A stretch of DNA of 42,216 bases from a virus: the IMG/VR virus record IMGVR_UViG_3300017440_000004, positions 1-42,216 of that record, one strand, 5' to 3'. Both the position numbers and the translations under genes were made by a program. Below the pieces are notes generated by a model. It was given only the letters and a program-made list of their open reading frames with translations, was not told the DNA's origin and did not search any database. Of this stretch, positions 17,245-26,377 are shown piece by piece (the stretch's first letter is position 1; each line of letters begins with the position of its first letter).

Positions 17245-18113
17245 TTCTTTCCCTAATTCTAGCCACCTTGACGGCTACCCCCGCCAAGTTCCCCGTTGTC
17301 GTGTGCGGTGACACCGTAATCCTGGCGGCGGGTCAGTACGCCACAGTTACGGTTCCTCGCCTCGATTGTCCGGATGATAAGCGGTTGACTATCGACGCCA
17401 GCGCCGCGACAATCAAGACGGCCACAATCCGAGCCACGAAAGGCGTCGACTGGTCGGGCGGCGTATTCAACCCCCCGCTTTCGATGCCGGTCGCGGTGAC
17501 GATCGATATGTCGGAGCGCGTGCGATTTTCGGGTGCGCTCATCACCGGAGCGCGTGTCGGAGTCACCGTGGTGCGCTCTGGCTATATCGACGTAATCGGC
17601 AATCGCTTTGACGGTGTGCGCTCGGATGGCGTCAATATTACCGTCTCGCACCATGCCAACATCATCGGCAACCAGTGTCTGCGTTTTCAGCCGATACTTG
17701 CGAACTATGACGCTTCGGGAAAGTTGCTTATCGACGGAGATCACCCTGACTGCATTCAGGGGTGGACGACGCCGGGAACGCCGCCACTCTCCGATGTGCT
17801 AGTCGCGGGCAATACGGCTGACGGCTACATGCAGGGCTATTGGTTCGGCGCAACATCAAAGGATGGTTACGACCGCATAACGGTTGTATTTAACGAAGCG
17901 CGCATAGGTGCATATCAAGGCGTTAACGTTGTTGGGGGGCGGGATACTGTCATTAGTCACAACCGCATCTTGCCGACGCCCGGAGCGCGCCTGTTGGGAG
18001 GCAACCGGGGGCTGATCTGGCCGTGGGTGCAGATGACGGGAACCGGCATTGCCTGCGGTAACGTTGTCGCGCCACAGGCCAGCCAATATGGCACGGGAGA
18101 CTGCACCAAATGA
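17241..18113 (+). CDS. Right-handed parallel beta-helix (pectin-lyase-fold) protein, putative depolymerase
   Basis: Start is the ATGA overlap at 17241 (MILSLILATLTATPAKF...), an internal Met of track ORF 17031..18113. Repeats of the form NRFDGVRSDGVNITVSHHANIIGNQC, and DGDHPDCIQGW. Confidence 0.65.
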   Translation: MILSLILATLTATPAKFPVVVCGDTVILAAGQYATVTVPRLDCPDDKRLTIDASAATIKTATIRATKGVDWSGGVFNPPLSMPVAVTIDMSERVRFSGALITGARVGVTVVRSGYIDVIGNRFDGVRSDGVNITVSHHANIIGNQCLRFQPILANYDASGKLLIDGDHPDCIQGWTTPGTPPLSDVLVAGNTADGYMQGYWFGATSKDGYDRITVVFNEARIGAYQGVNVVGGRDTVISHNRILPTPGARLLGGNRGLIWPWVQMTGTGIACGNVVAPQASQYGTGDCTK

Positions 18114-18769
18114 GTATTGCAATCCCAACTTACGCCCCCGGCGCAATATCCAGTTATACGGATTTCATCGGTGAAATCCGCGACATGATGGATGATGCCG
18201 ATTATTCGCAAGTGGCAATTGATCGGGCGTTGCGGAAAGCTGAAGCGGAATTCAATCGCTCGCTGCGGACGACGGACATGGAAACTCGGGCGGTGTTTAC
18301 CGCTACCGACGAATTGACCATGCTGCCCGCCGACTTTCTGGAAATGCGCTTCATCTTCCTGGAGGGCATGCCGGACGCGCCGCTGGCAAGCATGTCGCCT
18401 GCTGGAATGTTGTCCACCTATTACGGGCGTTCCGGTACGCCGATGGCGTACACCATCGAAGGCAATAACCTGCGTTTAGGGCCTGTCGGGACGGCGGCGC
18501 TGGAGATGGTCTATTATCAGCGTATCTCCGCCATCTCAGACGCGCAGGTGTCCAACTGGCTGCTGCGCAAGCATCCTGACCTGTATGTCGCGGGCGTGCT
18601 GTTCTACCTGTACGGGCGAGAACGCGATACGGAGGGCGAATCTCGCGCAGCGCAGACGGTGCAGACGCTGATGGAGTCTATTCGACAGTCTGCCATGAGC
18701 CAGCGTTGGGGTGCTGCGCCTTTGATCCCGCGTGGTATCTCGCAGGTGTCTAATCGGGTGCGGATTTGA
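18110..18769 (+). CDS. Putative head-to-tail adaptor / tail tubular A-like protein
   Basis: 219 aa. ATGA coupling. Apart from the inserted HNH gene it lies directly upstream of the nozzle-like gene. The call is positional only. Confidence 0.4.
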   Translation: MSIAIPTYAPGAISSYTDFIGEIRDMMDDADYSQVAIDRALRKAEAEFNRSLRTTDMETRAVFTATDELTMLPADFLEMRFIFLEGMPDAPLASMSPAGMLSTYYGRSGTPMAYTIEGNNLRLGPVGTAALEMVYYQRISAISDAQVSNWLLRKHPDLYVAGVLFYLYGRERDTEGESRAAQTVQTLMESIRQSAMSQRWGAAPLIPRGISQVSNRVRI

Positions 18770-18794
18770 TGTGAGATAGAAACGTGCTATTATC

Positions 18795-18830
18795 GAGGCG
18801 GACCAGCGTTACTAGCGCCGAGTCCGCCTC
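18795..18830. repeat. Strong hairpin upstream of HNH gene 2
   Basis: GAGGCGGAC (18795-18803) and GTCCGCCTC (18822-18830) form a perfect 9-bp stem with an 18-nt loop. The hairpin ends 25 nt before the ATG at 18856. Confidence 0.75.
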
Positions 18831-18855
18831 TAACCAATAGATGTAGGAGCATCCA

Positions 18856-19347
18856 ATGGTTGACCGTTACAATGTCACAATACCTGAAGACCGTCTACGT
18901 GCTTTTTATGATAGCTTTGAGAGAGGGGGCGAAGATGAATGCTGGATTTGGAAAGCCTCTCTTAGCTCCCAAGGCTACGGCACGTTCGTGATTAGAACCG
19001 TCTATTTTGGCGCTCACCAAATCGCTTTAATACTATCGGGCAAGCCGCGCCCTCTGCCCCCAGAACATTGCGCTCTTCATTCTTGCGACAATCCGCCTTG
19101 CGTTAATCCGGCGCATTTGAGCTGGGGTAGTCATAAGCGTAACTCGCAAGAGCGAGAGGATCGTAACAGGCGTCCTAGAGGGGTGGCTAAAGGCGAAAAG
19201 ATAACGCATTCTTTATTAACGGCTGAAAAAGTTCGGGAAATCAGGCGGTCGTCACTGTCCACCGCTGCTCTAGCTGAAGCTTTCGGCGTTAGGTATATGG
19301 TAGTGTGGAAAGTGAGAAAGGGACTGACATGGATGCACGTTCAGTAA
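18856..19347 (+). CDS. HNH homing endonuclease (free-standing), copy 2
   Basis: Motifs CWIWKASLSSQGYGT...AHQIA...HSCDNPPCVNPAHLSWGSHKRNSQE. TAGGAG lies 7 nt upstream. The sample 18901-18960 is 45% GC. Confidence 0.85.
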   Translation: MVDRYNVTIPEDRLRAFYDSFERGGEDECWIWKASLSSQGYGTFVIRTVYFGAHQIALILSGKPRPLPPEHCALHSCDNPPCVNPAHLSWGSHKRNSQEREDRNRRPRGVAKGEKITHSLLTAEKVREIRRSSLSTAALAEAFGVRYMVVWKVRKGLTWMHVQ

Positions 19348-19354
19348 GTTTGTA

Positions 19355-20773
19355 ATGGCAACTAAACGTCTCCCTTTTCCGCCGTATCTCCCGGACCAGC
19401 TACCGCGCGACGTGCTGACGGTTGCCAGCAATGTTCTGCCGGCGGCGGATGGATATCGCCCTGTTCGCTCGCTGGTGACGATCAGCGACCCGCTACCAGC
19501 GACGTTCAAAGGCGGTGCGGCGTTCATCTCGACCAACGGCACCACATACCTGCTGGCGGGCACCGCGAACGGGCTGGACCTGTTTTCTGGTGGTTCGTGG
19601 ACGCCGCTGTTAACCGCCATGTCTGTTGCGGACCGCTGGCGGTTTACGCAGTTCGGCAACTTCGTGGTTGCGGTCAACGGGGTAGAAACGAAACAGGTGG
19701 ACTTGAACGCCGGCACGGCATCGACGCTGACTGGCTGTCCTAGCGCCAACGGCGTGGCGGTGGTGGGCGATTACGTCGTCATCACGCAGGCCGGCGGCGA
19801 CAAGCTATTGGTGAAGTGGTCGGGGTTTAACGATCATACGCAGTGGACGCCCGGTACGAACCAGTCGGGTTTCCAGCCGATGCTAACAGGTGGAGAGATT
19901 AAGGGCATTGCAGGCGGCGAATACGGCGTCATCCTTCAGCGGTTCCGGCTGGTGCGTATGGAGCGCACTGGCGATGACGAAGCGCCGTTCTCGTTCTCGG
20001 AAATCACGCCCAACTTCGGATGTGCCTCCAGCGGGAGTATAGCGCAGGCGGGGCGTTCGGTGTTCTTCCTGTCTGACCGTGGTTTCATGTCGCTGGAAGA
20101 TGGACAGTCGCTGCGCCCCATCGGCAATGAGAAGTTCGATCAGTCGTTTCGCGATACCGTGGCGCAGGACGATTACGAAAAGCTATGGGCTTCTGTAGAC
20201 CCGAAACGCTCGCTGGTGTTCTGGGGAATGCCGGGAGTTCCAGGGCGCATCTGGGCCTATAATTGGGTTCTGGACCGCGCCACTACCATCGACATCGGGT
20301 TTAATGGCCTGTTCGCTGGTTATGAAAGCAGCCTGTCGCTAGAGGATGTGGCGGCGCTGTATCCCGATCTGGATACGATGCCGTATTCTCTGGACGACCC
20401 CCGCTTTCAGGGCGGCGACCCTCGCTTGTATATCGTCAGCCGCGACAATCGGCTGGGGGCATTGGCAGGCGATAACCTTGCCGCCACGCTGACGATGGGC
20501 TGGCAGGCGTTAGCTGATCCGCTGGTAGCGCGTGTGAGAGCCGTAACGCCAATGTCCGATGCAACCACGGGCGTTACGATCAAGGTCGATGCGCGGCAGC
20601 AGATGGGCGGTCCGCTGGGGATTGTTACGTCGGGCGGCATGCAGAGCAGTGGGCGCGTTCCGGTGCGAGCGCGGGGGAAGTATATGGCTTTCACGATGAC
20701 GGTCGCAGCGGGAACGCGGTGGACCTATAGCCAGGGGCTAGACGTGGATTTCGACGGCGGTGGCGTCCGATGA
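19355..20773 (+). CDS. Putative tail hub/nozzle (tail tubular B-like) protein
   Basis: 472 aa. Repetitive beta-strand-rich sequence. It lies in the tail module just before the internal-protein genes. No motif-level confirmation. Confidence 0.45.
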   Translation: MATKRLPFPPYLPDQLPRDVLTVASNVLPAADGYRPVRSLVTISDPLPATFKGGAAFISTNGTTYLLAGTANGLDLFSGGSWTPLLTAMSVADRWRFTQFGNFVVAVNGVETKQVDLNAGTASTLTGCPSANGVAVVGDYVVITQAGGDKLLVKWSGFNDHTQWTPGTNQSGFQPMLTGGEIKGIAGGEYGVILQRFRLVRMERTGDDEAPFSFSEITPNFGCASSGSIAQAGRSVFFLSDRGFMSLEDGQSLRPIGNEKFDQSFRDTVAQDDYEKLWASVDPKRSLVFWGMPGVPGRIWAYNWVLDRATTIDIGFNGLFAGYESSLSLEDVAALYPDLDTMPYSLDDPRFQGGDPRLYIVSRDNRLGALAGDNLAATLTMGWQALADPLVARVRAVTPMSDATTGVTIKVDARQQMGGPLGIVTSGGMQSSGRVPVRARGKYMAFTMTVAAGTRWTYSQGLDVDFDGGGVR

Positions 20774-20934
20774 TTAAGCCCATCCCCGTACCCGTTGATA
20801 GCAAGCGCGAAGATTGGCCGCGTCTGGTGTCTAATGCCATTGGTCAGTTGCAGAGGACGCAGAAAGGCGCGGTACGCTTTGAAAGTGGCGTTCTGCAATA
20901 CTATGACGGCGCCGATTGGCAGAACGTGCCGTGA
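20770..20934 (+). CDS. Small virion-module protein (54 aa)
   Basis: Hand-translated; below the track cut-off: MIKPIPVPVDSKREDWPRLVSNAIGQLQRTQKGAVRFESGVLQYYDGADWQNVP. ATGA overlap upstream and GTGA overlap downstream. Confidence 0.5.
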   Translation: MIKPIPVPVDSKREDWPRLVSNAIGQLQRTQKGAVRFESGVLQYYDGADWQNVP

Positions 20935-21305
20935 TTTACCCGCCGCCATTCTGGGCTGAATACCGCCGGCATCACGCCGAAATCGTCGGCGTGCTGGACC
21001 CGCGTTGCTATTCGATTGATTGGCTGGACCTGCAAATCCTGAACGGTGATGCGCGGGTGTTCGGCAACGATGATGCGGTGATCGTTGTTGTGGTGAAACA
21101 ATATCCAGCAGGCGCGACGGAGTTGCATGGATTGGTGGCGGCAGGTGCATTGGCCGGTATCCTGAAACTGATTGCGGAAGCAGAGGATTGGGCACGCGAA
21201 CAAGGTGTTACGTTTGCCTGCGTTGAGTCCCGTCCGGGGTGGGAAAGAATTTTGAAAAAGCGCGGTTATTCGCTATACCAAACCAGCGTTCGGAAGGATT
21301 TGTAA
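20931..21305 (+). CDS. Small GNAT-like (acetyltransferase-fold) protein, tentative
   Basis: The C-terminal pattern ELHGLVAAGALAGILKLIAEAEDWAREQGVTFACVESRPGWERILKKRGY resembles the GNAT beta4-alpha3-beta5-alpha4 core. A GTG start at 20931 would overlap the upstream stop; the track start is 20916. Confidence 0.4.
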   Translation: MIYPPPFWAEYRRHHAEIVGVLDPRCYSIDWLDLQILNGDARVFGNDDAVIVVVVKQYPAGATELHGLVAAGALAGILKLIAEAEDWAREQGVTFACVESRPGWERILKKRGYSLYQTSVRKDL

Positions 21306-21306
21306 C

Positions 21307-21975
21307 GTGGGCGTCAGCAGCAGCAAGGCCAAGGCCACCACTAAACCCGTATATTCGGGCCAGATCGAGGGCGCGGCTAACAACGTCAATTCCGCATATA
21401 ATGCGCAGTCCGGCAAAATCACCGGCATTACGGACCAGCTAGGCTCGCTGGTGCCTGATCTGGTCAAGCAATATCAGCAGGGTGATGCCGGGGTTAACGC
21501 AGCGCAGGGTTACAACACCGATGTGTTGTCCGGTAAGTATCTGGACGCCGGCAATCCTTACCTTCAAGGGCAGATCGACCAGACGAATGCTGGCGTCCGC
21601 AACGGGTTGGCGGCGTCTTTGGGCACGCGTGGGCTGACTGGCGGTTCGGCGTTTGGAGACATCATCACGAAGAACCTTGCGCAGAACGAAAACAACCTGC
21701 GTTATACCGACTATTCTAACGAGCGCACCCGTATGGGGCAGGCGGCAGCCGCCGCGCCGGGGCTGTCGTCGGCGTCCTACCTGCCCTTGGCGGCTATTCA
21801 GGACATCTTGGGCGCGCAGCAGGCACCGCTACAAGCGGCGGCGGGCGCGGGATCGAGCATCGGGGGGTTGCTAGGCCAGTATACAAACCAGACGCAGAAG
21901 TCGTCACCGGGGTTGGGTTCGATCCTGGCGCAGTTGGCGGGCAACGCGGCTAGTGCGTATGCGGGGAGCCGGTAA
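21307..21975 (+). CDS. Putative internal virion/ejection protein A
   Basis: 222 aa, Gly/Ala/Gln-rich and low complexity. GTG start. It is the first of four consecutive genes that include the SLT domain. Confidence 0.45.
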   Translation: MGVSSSKAKATTKPVYSGQIEGAANNVNSAYNAQSGKITGITDQLGSLVPDLVKQYQQGDAGVNAAQGYNTDVLSGKYLDAGNPYLQGQIDQTNAGVRNGLAASLGTRGLTGGSAFGDIITKNLAQNENNLRYTDYSNERTRMGQAAAAAPGLSSASYLPLAAIQDILGAQQAPLQAAAGAGSSIGGLLGQYTNQTQKSSPGLGSILAQLAGNAASAYAGSR

Positions 21976-21976
21976 G

Positions 21977-22570
21977 ATGGGTATGGCGTTTATGGGCGGC
22001 GGCAAGCGCGGGCTGTTCGGTGCGCCTATGGCATCCGACAAGATGCCTGTGGTCGATCCACGCGCTGCTGAAGGTGCGGGCTTGGTGCAGCAGGACGCCA
22101 CCGTGCCTACCTACGCCAAGCCTTCCACGGCAAACCTGATTATCGGCACGCTGGGGGATACGCTTTCGCAGTTGGGCGGTGGACGCGGTAGCTATTTGCC
22201 CGGTTTGCAAATGCGTCAGGCACAGGCGGCAGAGGCGGCGCAGTATCAGCAGCGGCGTGCCGATGAATACACGGATTGGGAGCGTAAGCAGGCTTACGAA
22301 GCGGCGCATCCCAAAGCCCCGACCGATGACAGCTTTGCCCGTGCGCTGGCAGGGGCTGGCATTGACCCTGCATCGCCGCAGGGTAGGGCGCTTTACAACC
22401 AGCGGGCACAATCCCTCGCCAACCCTGCGCAGTTCATCCCTGACGGCGCTGGCGGCGGACAATACGTGCGCCCAAACGGCACGCCTCCTGCGGCTCCTGT
22501 CGGCAAACTGACACCGCTCGGTATGGGAGGTGCTACCCCGCAAGGGGCGCGCACCTTTCCAGTCCGGTGA
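21977..22570 (+). CDS. Putative internal virion/ejection protein B
   Basis: ATG at 21977, 8 nt after GGGAG. Its 3' end overlaps the SLT ORF by 41 nt in another frame. Confidence 0.45.
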   Translation: MGMAFMGGGKRGLFGAPMASDKMPVVDPRAAEGAGLVQQDATVPTYAKPSTANLIIGTLGDTLSQLGGGRGSYLPGLQMRQAQAAEAAQYQQRRADEYTDWERKQAYEAAHPKAPTDDSFARALAGAGIDPASPQGRALYNQRAQSLANPAQFIPDGAGGGQYVRPNGTPPAAPVGKLTPLGMGGATPQGARTFPVR

Positions 22571-22919
22571 CATCCTGCCGCATCTTATCCAGCAGGAAAG
22601 CGGTGGACGCGCTGGCGTATCCGGTCCGCAGACGCAGTACGGACAGGCGCGCGGGTTGATGCAGGTTCTGCCCGCAACCGCGCAAGGCGTGGCGAAGAAG
22701 TTGGGTGTGCCGTGGCGTCCCGACCTCATGTCGGGCACGTCGGAAGCGGCGGCTAATTATCAGCGCGCTATCGGGCAAGGTTATCTGGAAGAAGCCTTGG
22801 ATAAGACCGGCAACGTGCGCGATGGTTTGCGTTTTTACCACGGCGGGCCTAATCGTCGCCTGTGGGGCCGGAAGACGAATTCTTACGCCGACAGCATCCT
22901 ACGGCGCATGGGGGTATAA
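22530..22919 (+). CDS. Lytic transglycosylase (SLT domain), virion-associated
   Basis: Motifs LIQQESGGRAGVSGPQTQYGQARGLMQVLPATA and YHGG. The start is uncertain: the GTG at 22530 has no correctly spaced SD. Confidence 0.8.
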   Translation: MLPRKGRAPFQSGDILPHLIQQESGGRAGVSGPQTQYGQARGLMQVLPATAQGVAKKLGVPWRPDLMSGTSEAAANYQRAIGQGYLEEALDKTGNVRDGLRFYHGGPNRRLWGRKTNSYADSILRRMGV

Positions 22920-25516
22920 TGGCACAGCAGCAGGCCCGTGACGAAGCCGGAAACATCTGGAACATTGACGAGGCGGGCAATCCTGTCTCTCTAGCGCAGG
23001 CTGCCGGCGCGCAAAGCGGCGGCGCTGTTGTTGCTCCCAATCCCGTGCAAGCGCAGCGGCAGTCCACGGAATTGGTTGGCGCGGGACTAGGCAACCAGAA
23101 GACGGCGCAACAGATTGCGTTGGAAGCGGCGAAGGCTCCTTCTGAAATCCAGAAAGCGACTTTGGAAGTAGAGGGGACGCGCCTTGCCAACGAAAAGGCT
23201 CGGCGCGAACTCGCAAACCCCGTGGAAACCAAGCAAGCACAGACGGATCGCGTATCGCGTCTGATGCAACTTGCCAGTCAGGTCGGGCGCACGCAGTATC
23301 TCTATAATACCGGCATCGGCACGACCAAGGGGCTGTCGGGTATTTGGGATTACGCTCCTACAGACGCCAACGCTCGTTTCGACGTCGCTGGAAATCAGAT
23401 CGCGCAACAGGGCCTTGCAGCGTTCAAGGTGCCGGGCATGGGCACGGTGTCAGATCGCGATTCTGTGATGTTCGACCGCGCCAATCTTCCCACCGCTGCC
23501 ACTCGTGACGCGGCTGTCGAGGAACAGCTACGCAGCATCAAGAACCGCGTAAATGAGGAAATGAAGGCGCTTGGTCGCGCACCCTTGAATTGGGATGCCA
23601 TTACGCAAGCACAGAGCGATGACCGGGCAGGCGTAGCAGGCGCGGCGAGCGGTGCAGGAAGCAACGGCGGCGGCTCTGGCCCGGCTGGTTATGATGTCGC
23701 AACGACCAGCGGCATCAGTGGCGGCGGCGGAGGCGGCTCATTCGCCAGTGCGGCAGGTGTCGCCATGGCGCAGAAGATGAAGGCGGTTTACAACCGCGGC
23801 GGCGGCGTGCGCGAGATCAACCAATTGTTGCAGGACAACGGGTTTCAGCCACTGACCGATCCTAGCGCTATCGCCGCGATCCAGAAGCGAGGGCCGATCA
23901 GCTTCGCGCCGCCGGTGGCCGACGACACGCGCGGTGGTTTTGGCCGCTGGATTGGCGATATTGCGGGCTCAGATGATTGGAAAGGCGATGTGGCGGCTTA
24001 CGGCATTAACGCCGCCGATGCATTGACTGGCAACAATCTAGACAGCCTCGCGGGCGGTCAGGCCGGATTGGCAATTGATTACGCTAGGCAGCGAAGCCCT
24101 AACGCAGCCCTTGCTGGCACTATTGTAGGCAGCGGCGTTGCTGCTGCTGGTGCTGAATTGGGTCTTGGCGCTGCTGCGGCCCGCGCTGGGCTTGGGGCTT
24201 CGCCTTGGGTCGCCCGTGGCGCTGATGCTTTGTACGGTGCAGTAAGTGGCGCGGGCTCGGCTGACGGCGAAAACGATAGCCGCTTACTGGGTGCTGCTGT
24301 GGGCGGTATCGCTGGCCTTGGCGGCGGCATGGCGGGGCGCGCTTCAGTACGTGGCGCAAGCAATCTGCTGACCGGTGTTCGCAACCCATATGTCCAAGGT
24401 TTGCGCAACGCAGAAGTGCCGATGAGTGTCGGGCAGGCTGTTAGCCAGTCCGGCGTGCTTGGCGCGGGCATCAAGCGCATGGAAGATTTGACCACAGGCA
24501 TCCCTGGCGTTGGCACTGTGGTTAACGCTGGCCGCACCAACAGCATGCAAGGGTTTAACCGGGCCGCTTTCAACGAAGGCTTGGCACCGATTGGCGAACG
24601 CACTGGCGGCGTCATCCAAGAACAGGGTATTGATCTAGCGCAGGATGCCACGACGCGCGGGTATCGATCGGCGCTGGATAACGTCAATGTAACGCCAGAG
24701 CCGCAATTCCGCACCGAATACGATGCGGCGGTTGCTACCGGCGGCGCTGTTCCGCGCGTCGGCCCAGAGTTTGCCGCCTACGAGAAGGCGAACATGGCCC
24801 CGCTGGTCGATCAGCCTTCGTTTGACGGCAACACCATTCAGGATTTCATCCAGCAAACTCGCGGCGCTGACTTCGGCTCTGATGCAATGGGCAACCTTGT
24901 CGGCAAGTCGGTGACTGGCGCAGAAAACGCCATGCGTGGCTTGGTGGGGCGTCAGGCTCCCGATGTTCTGCCGAAATTGAGCAGGGCGGATCAGGCATAT
25001 CGGCAGGTGCAAATCCTGCGTGATGCCGTCAACCGCGCTCGCGGGGGCACCATGTCTGGCGAAACCGGTGTGTTTACGCCATCGCAGCTTGCGGATGCCA
25101 CGGCTGCCAACGCTAAGAAGTACGGCGGCACCCAAGGCACGACGCGCCAGCCGTTCTTCGATCTGGCGCGCGCCGGTCAGGCCGTGTTGCCCAGCAAAGT
25201 AGGTGATAGCGGATCGGCTGGACGTCTTCTTATGCAAAGCGCGCTAGGCACTGCGGGCGTCGGCGCTGTTGGAGGTGGCTACGCGGCGGGCGGCAGCACG
25301 GAAGGCGCTGGATACGGAGCTGGCGGTGCTTTGGCGCTAGGTGCTTTGCTCGCGGCTGGTGGCTCCAAGACGGCTCAGAAGGCGGCTGTGAAGCTGCTAC
25401 TTGACCGTCCAGACGCCTTCATCAAGGCGGGCAACAAGATCAAGGGGCGAGCGCAGATTGGGGGCATTTTCGGCGCACCCATTCTGGCTGGCGCAGCGCC
25501 GTTGCTTACGCAGTGA
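22919..25516 (+). CDS. Large internal virion/DNA-ejection protein (865 aa)
   Basis: ATG at 22919 overlaps the SLT stop (TAATG). Gly/Ala-rich, with a hydrophobic Gly/Ala C-terminal tail. Its size and position resemble those of podovirus core proteins. Confidence 0.55.
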   Translation: MAQQQARDEAGNIWNIDEAGNPVSLAQAAGAQSGGAVVAPNPVQAQRQSTELVGAGLGNQKTAQQIALEAAKAPSEIQKATLEVEGTRLANEKARRELANPVETKQAQTDRVSRLMQLASQVGRTQYLYNTGIGTTKGLSGIWDYAPTDANARFDVAGNQIAQQGLAAFKVPGMGTVSDRDSVMFDRANLPTAATRDAAVEEQLRSIKNRVNEEMKALGRAPLNWDAITQAQSDDRAGVAGAASGAGSNGGGSGPAGYDVATTSGISGGGGGGSFASAAGVAMAQKMKAVYNRGGGVREINQLLQDNGFQPLTDPSAIAAIQKRGPISFAPPVADDTRGGFGRWIGDIAGSDDWKGDVAAYGINAADALTGNNLDSLAGGQAGLAIDYARQRSPNAALAGTIVGSGVAAAGAELGLGAAAARAGLGASPWVARGADALYGAVSGAGSADGENDSRLLGAAVGGIAGLGGGMAGRASVRGASNLLTGVRNPYVQGLRNAEVPMSVGQAVSQSGVLGAGIKRMEDLTTGIPGVGTVVNAGRTNSMQGFNRAAFNEGLAPIGERTGGVIQEQGIDLAQDATTRGYRSALDNVNVTPEPQFRTEYDAAVATGGAVPRVGPEFAAYEKANMAPLVDQPSFDGNTIQDFIQQTRGADFGSDAMGNLVGKSVTGAENAMRGLVGRQAPDVLPKLSRADQAYRQVQILRDAVNRARGGTMSGETGVFTPSQLADATAANAKKYGGTQGTTRQPFFDLARAGQAVLPSKVGDSGSAGRLLMQSALGTAGVGAVGGGYAAGGSTEGAGYGAGGALALGALLAAGGSKTAQKAAVKLLLDRPDAFIKAGNKIKGRAQIGGIFGAPILAGAAPLLTQ

Positions 25517-25607
25517 ATGTTGATGAAACGCCTCAAAGATCATGCCTTTAAGCGCGATACCAAGTATAATGCCCAACATGCACAGCATATAGCAGAAGGC
25601 CGATACC

Positions 25608-25940
25608 ATGCCTAGCGCAACAGAGTTTTCGACCACACCATCAGTCAACGTTACCATCGGCGGCATCAACGTTGGCGAGGGCTGTTCGCCTGAAGGCATC
25701 AACAATGCAATTCGCTATGTGGCTGCTGTCATCCGCGACACTTACGACCGCATTCCGGCAACCGGCGCTTTTGTGCCGACGACGGGCGGCAGCTATACTG
25801 GCGATATTTTGCGGGCGACACGCGGCGCGTATCTACACCACGCTGGCTCCGCGCAAACGGATGGGCGTGTGATGTTTCTACCTGAAGGCTCTGTCCGCCC
25901 CACCGGCTCTGAGGGCCTTGTCGTGTTCTACTATTCCTGA
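25608..25940 (+). CDS. Hypothetical tail-associated protein (110 aa)
   Basis: Track ORF. GAAGG lies 8 nt upstream. It contains VPTTGGSYTGDIL, reminiscent of the LPLSGGTMTG motif of tail fibres. Confidence 0.55.
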   Translation: MPSATEFSTTPSVNVTIGGINVGEGCSPEGINNAIRYVAAVIRDTYDRIPATGAFVPTTGGSYTGDILRATRGAYLHHAGSAQTDGRVMFLPEGSVRPTGSEGLVVFYYS

Positions 25941-26377
25941 TGGACGCATTTATCGCAGGAGGGTGGCGGACACCAAAGCGGGGCGAAGTGCTGATCGGCG
26001 GCGCTTGGCGAACGATCACGCGTGGGGAGCAATATCGGTCTGGCGCGTGGAAGCGCATTGCCGCGTTCGTATCGCCTATGTCGGTAACAGCCAACGACGC
26101 CACCGGCAGTATCGTCAATCGCAAACCTGCCCCCGTTACGTCAAACTTCTCCATCGCCACGCCGACAGGTGGACTAGCGCCGTATTCCTACGCATGGACG
26201 ATTATCGAAGGCAGCGCAGTGGCGTTGACGCCCACCAATGCGGCTACGCAGTTTCGGGGCACGGTGGCACCCGGCAATGATACCTATTCCATCGCTCGCG
26301 TGGTATGCACAGACGCGCTAGGAACGACGGCAACAACAACGGTGGGCATTAGCCTGTTTAACGAGGGGCAATTCTGA
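25940..26377 (+). CDS. Hypothetical tail-associated protein (145 aa)
   Basis: Track ORF. TGATG coupling on both sides. Confidence 0.6.
   Translation: MDAFIAGGWRTPKRGEVLIGGAWRTITRGEQYRSGAWKRIAAFVSPMSVTANDATGSIVNRKPAPVTSNFSIATPTGGLAPYSYAWTIIEGSAVALTPTNAATQFRGTVAPGNDTYSIARVVCTDALGTTATTTVGISLFNEGQF

Noticed and set aside
21915-21925. GGGTTCGATCC, resembling a tRNA T-arm/T-loop
   Set aside because: It lies inside an internal-protein CDS. I could not fold flanking sequence into an acceptor, D or anticodon arm. No tRNA is supported anywhere in the window.
25397-25705. Minus-strand ORF whose hydrophobic segment (MVSAFCYMLCMLGIILGIALKGMIFEAF) falls exactly in the 91-nt AT-rich gap at 25517-25607
   Set aside because: It is tempting as a hidden antisense membrane peptide. 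However, it would have to run about 120 nt antisense into the preceding gene, it has no SD, and it is on the opposite strand to a 30-kb co-directional operon. A 32-aa plus-strand ORF (25517..25615) is equally unsupported. It is worth checking only if ribosome-profiling data exist.
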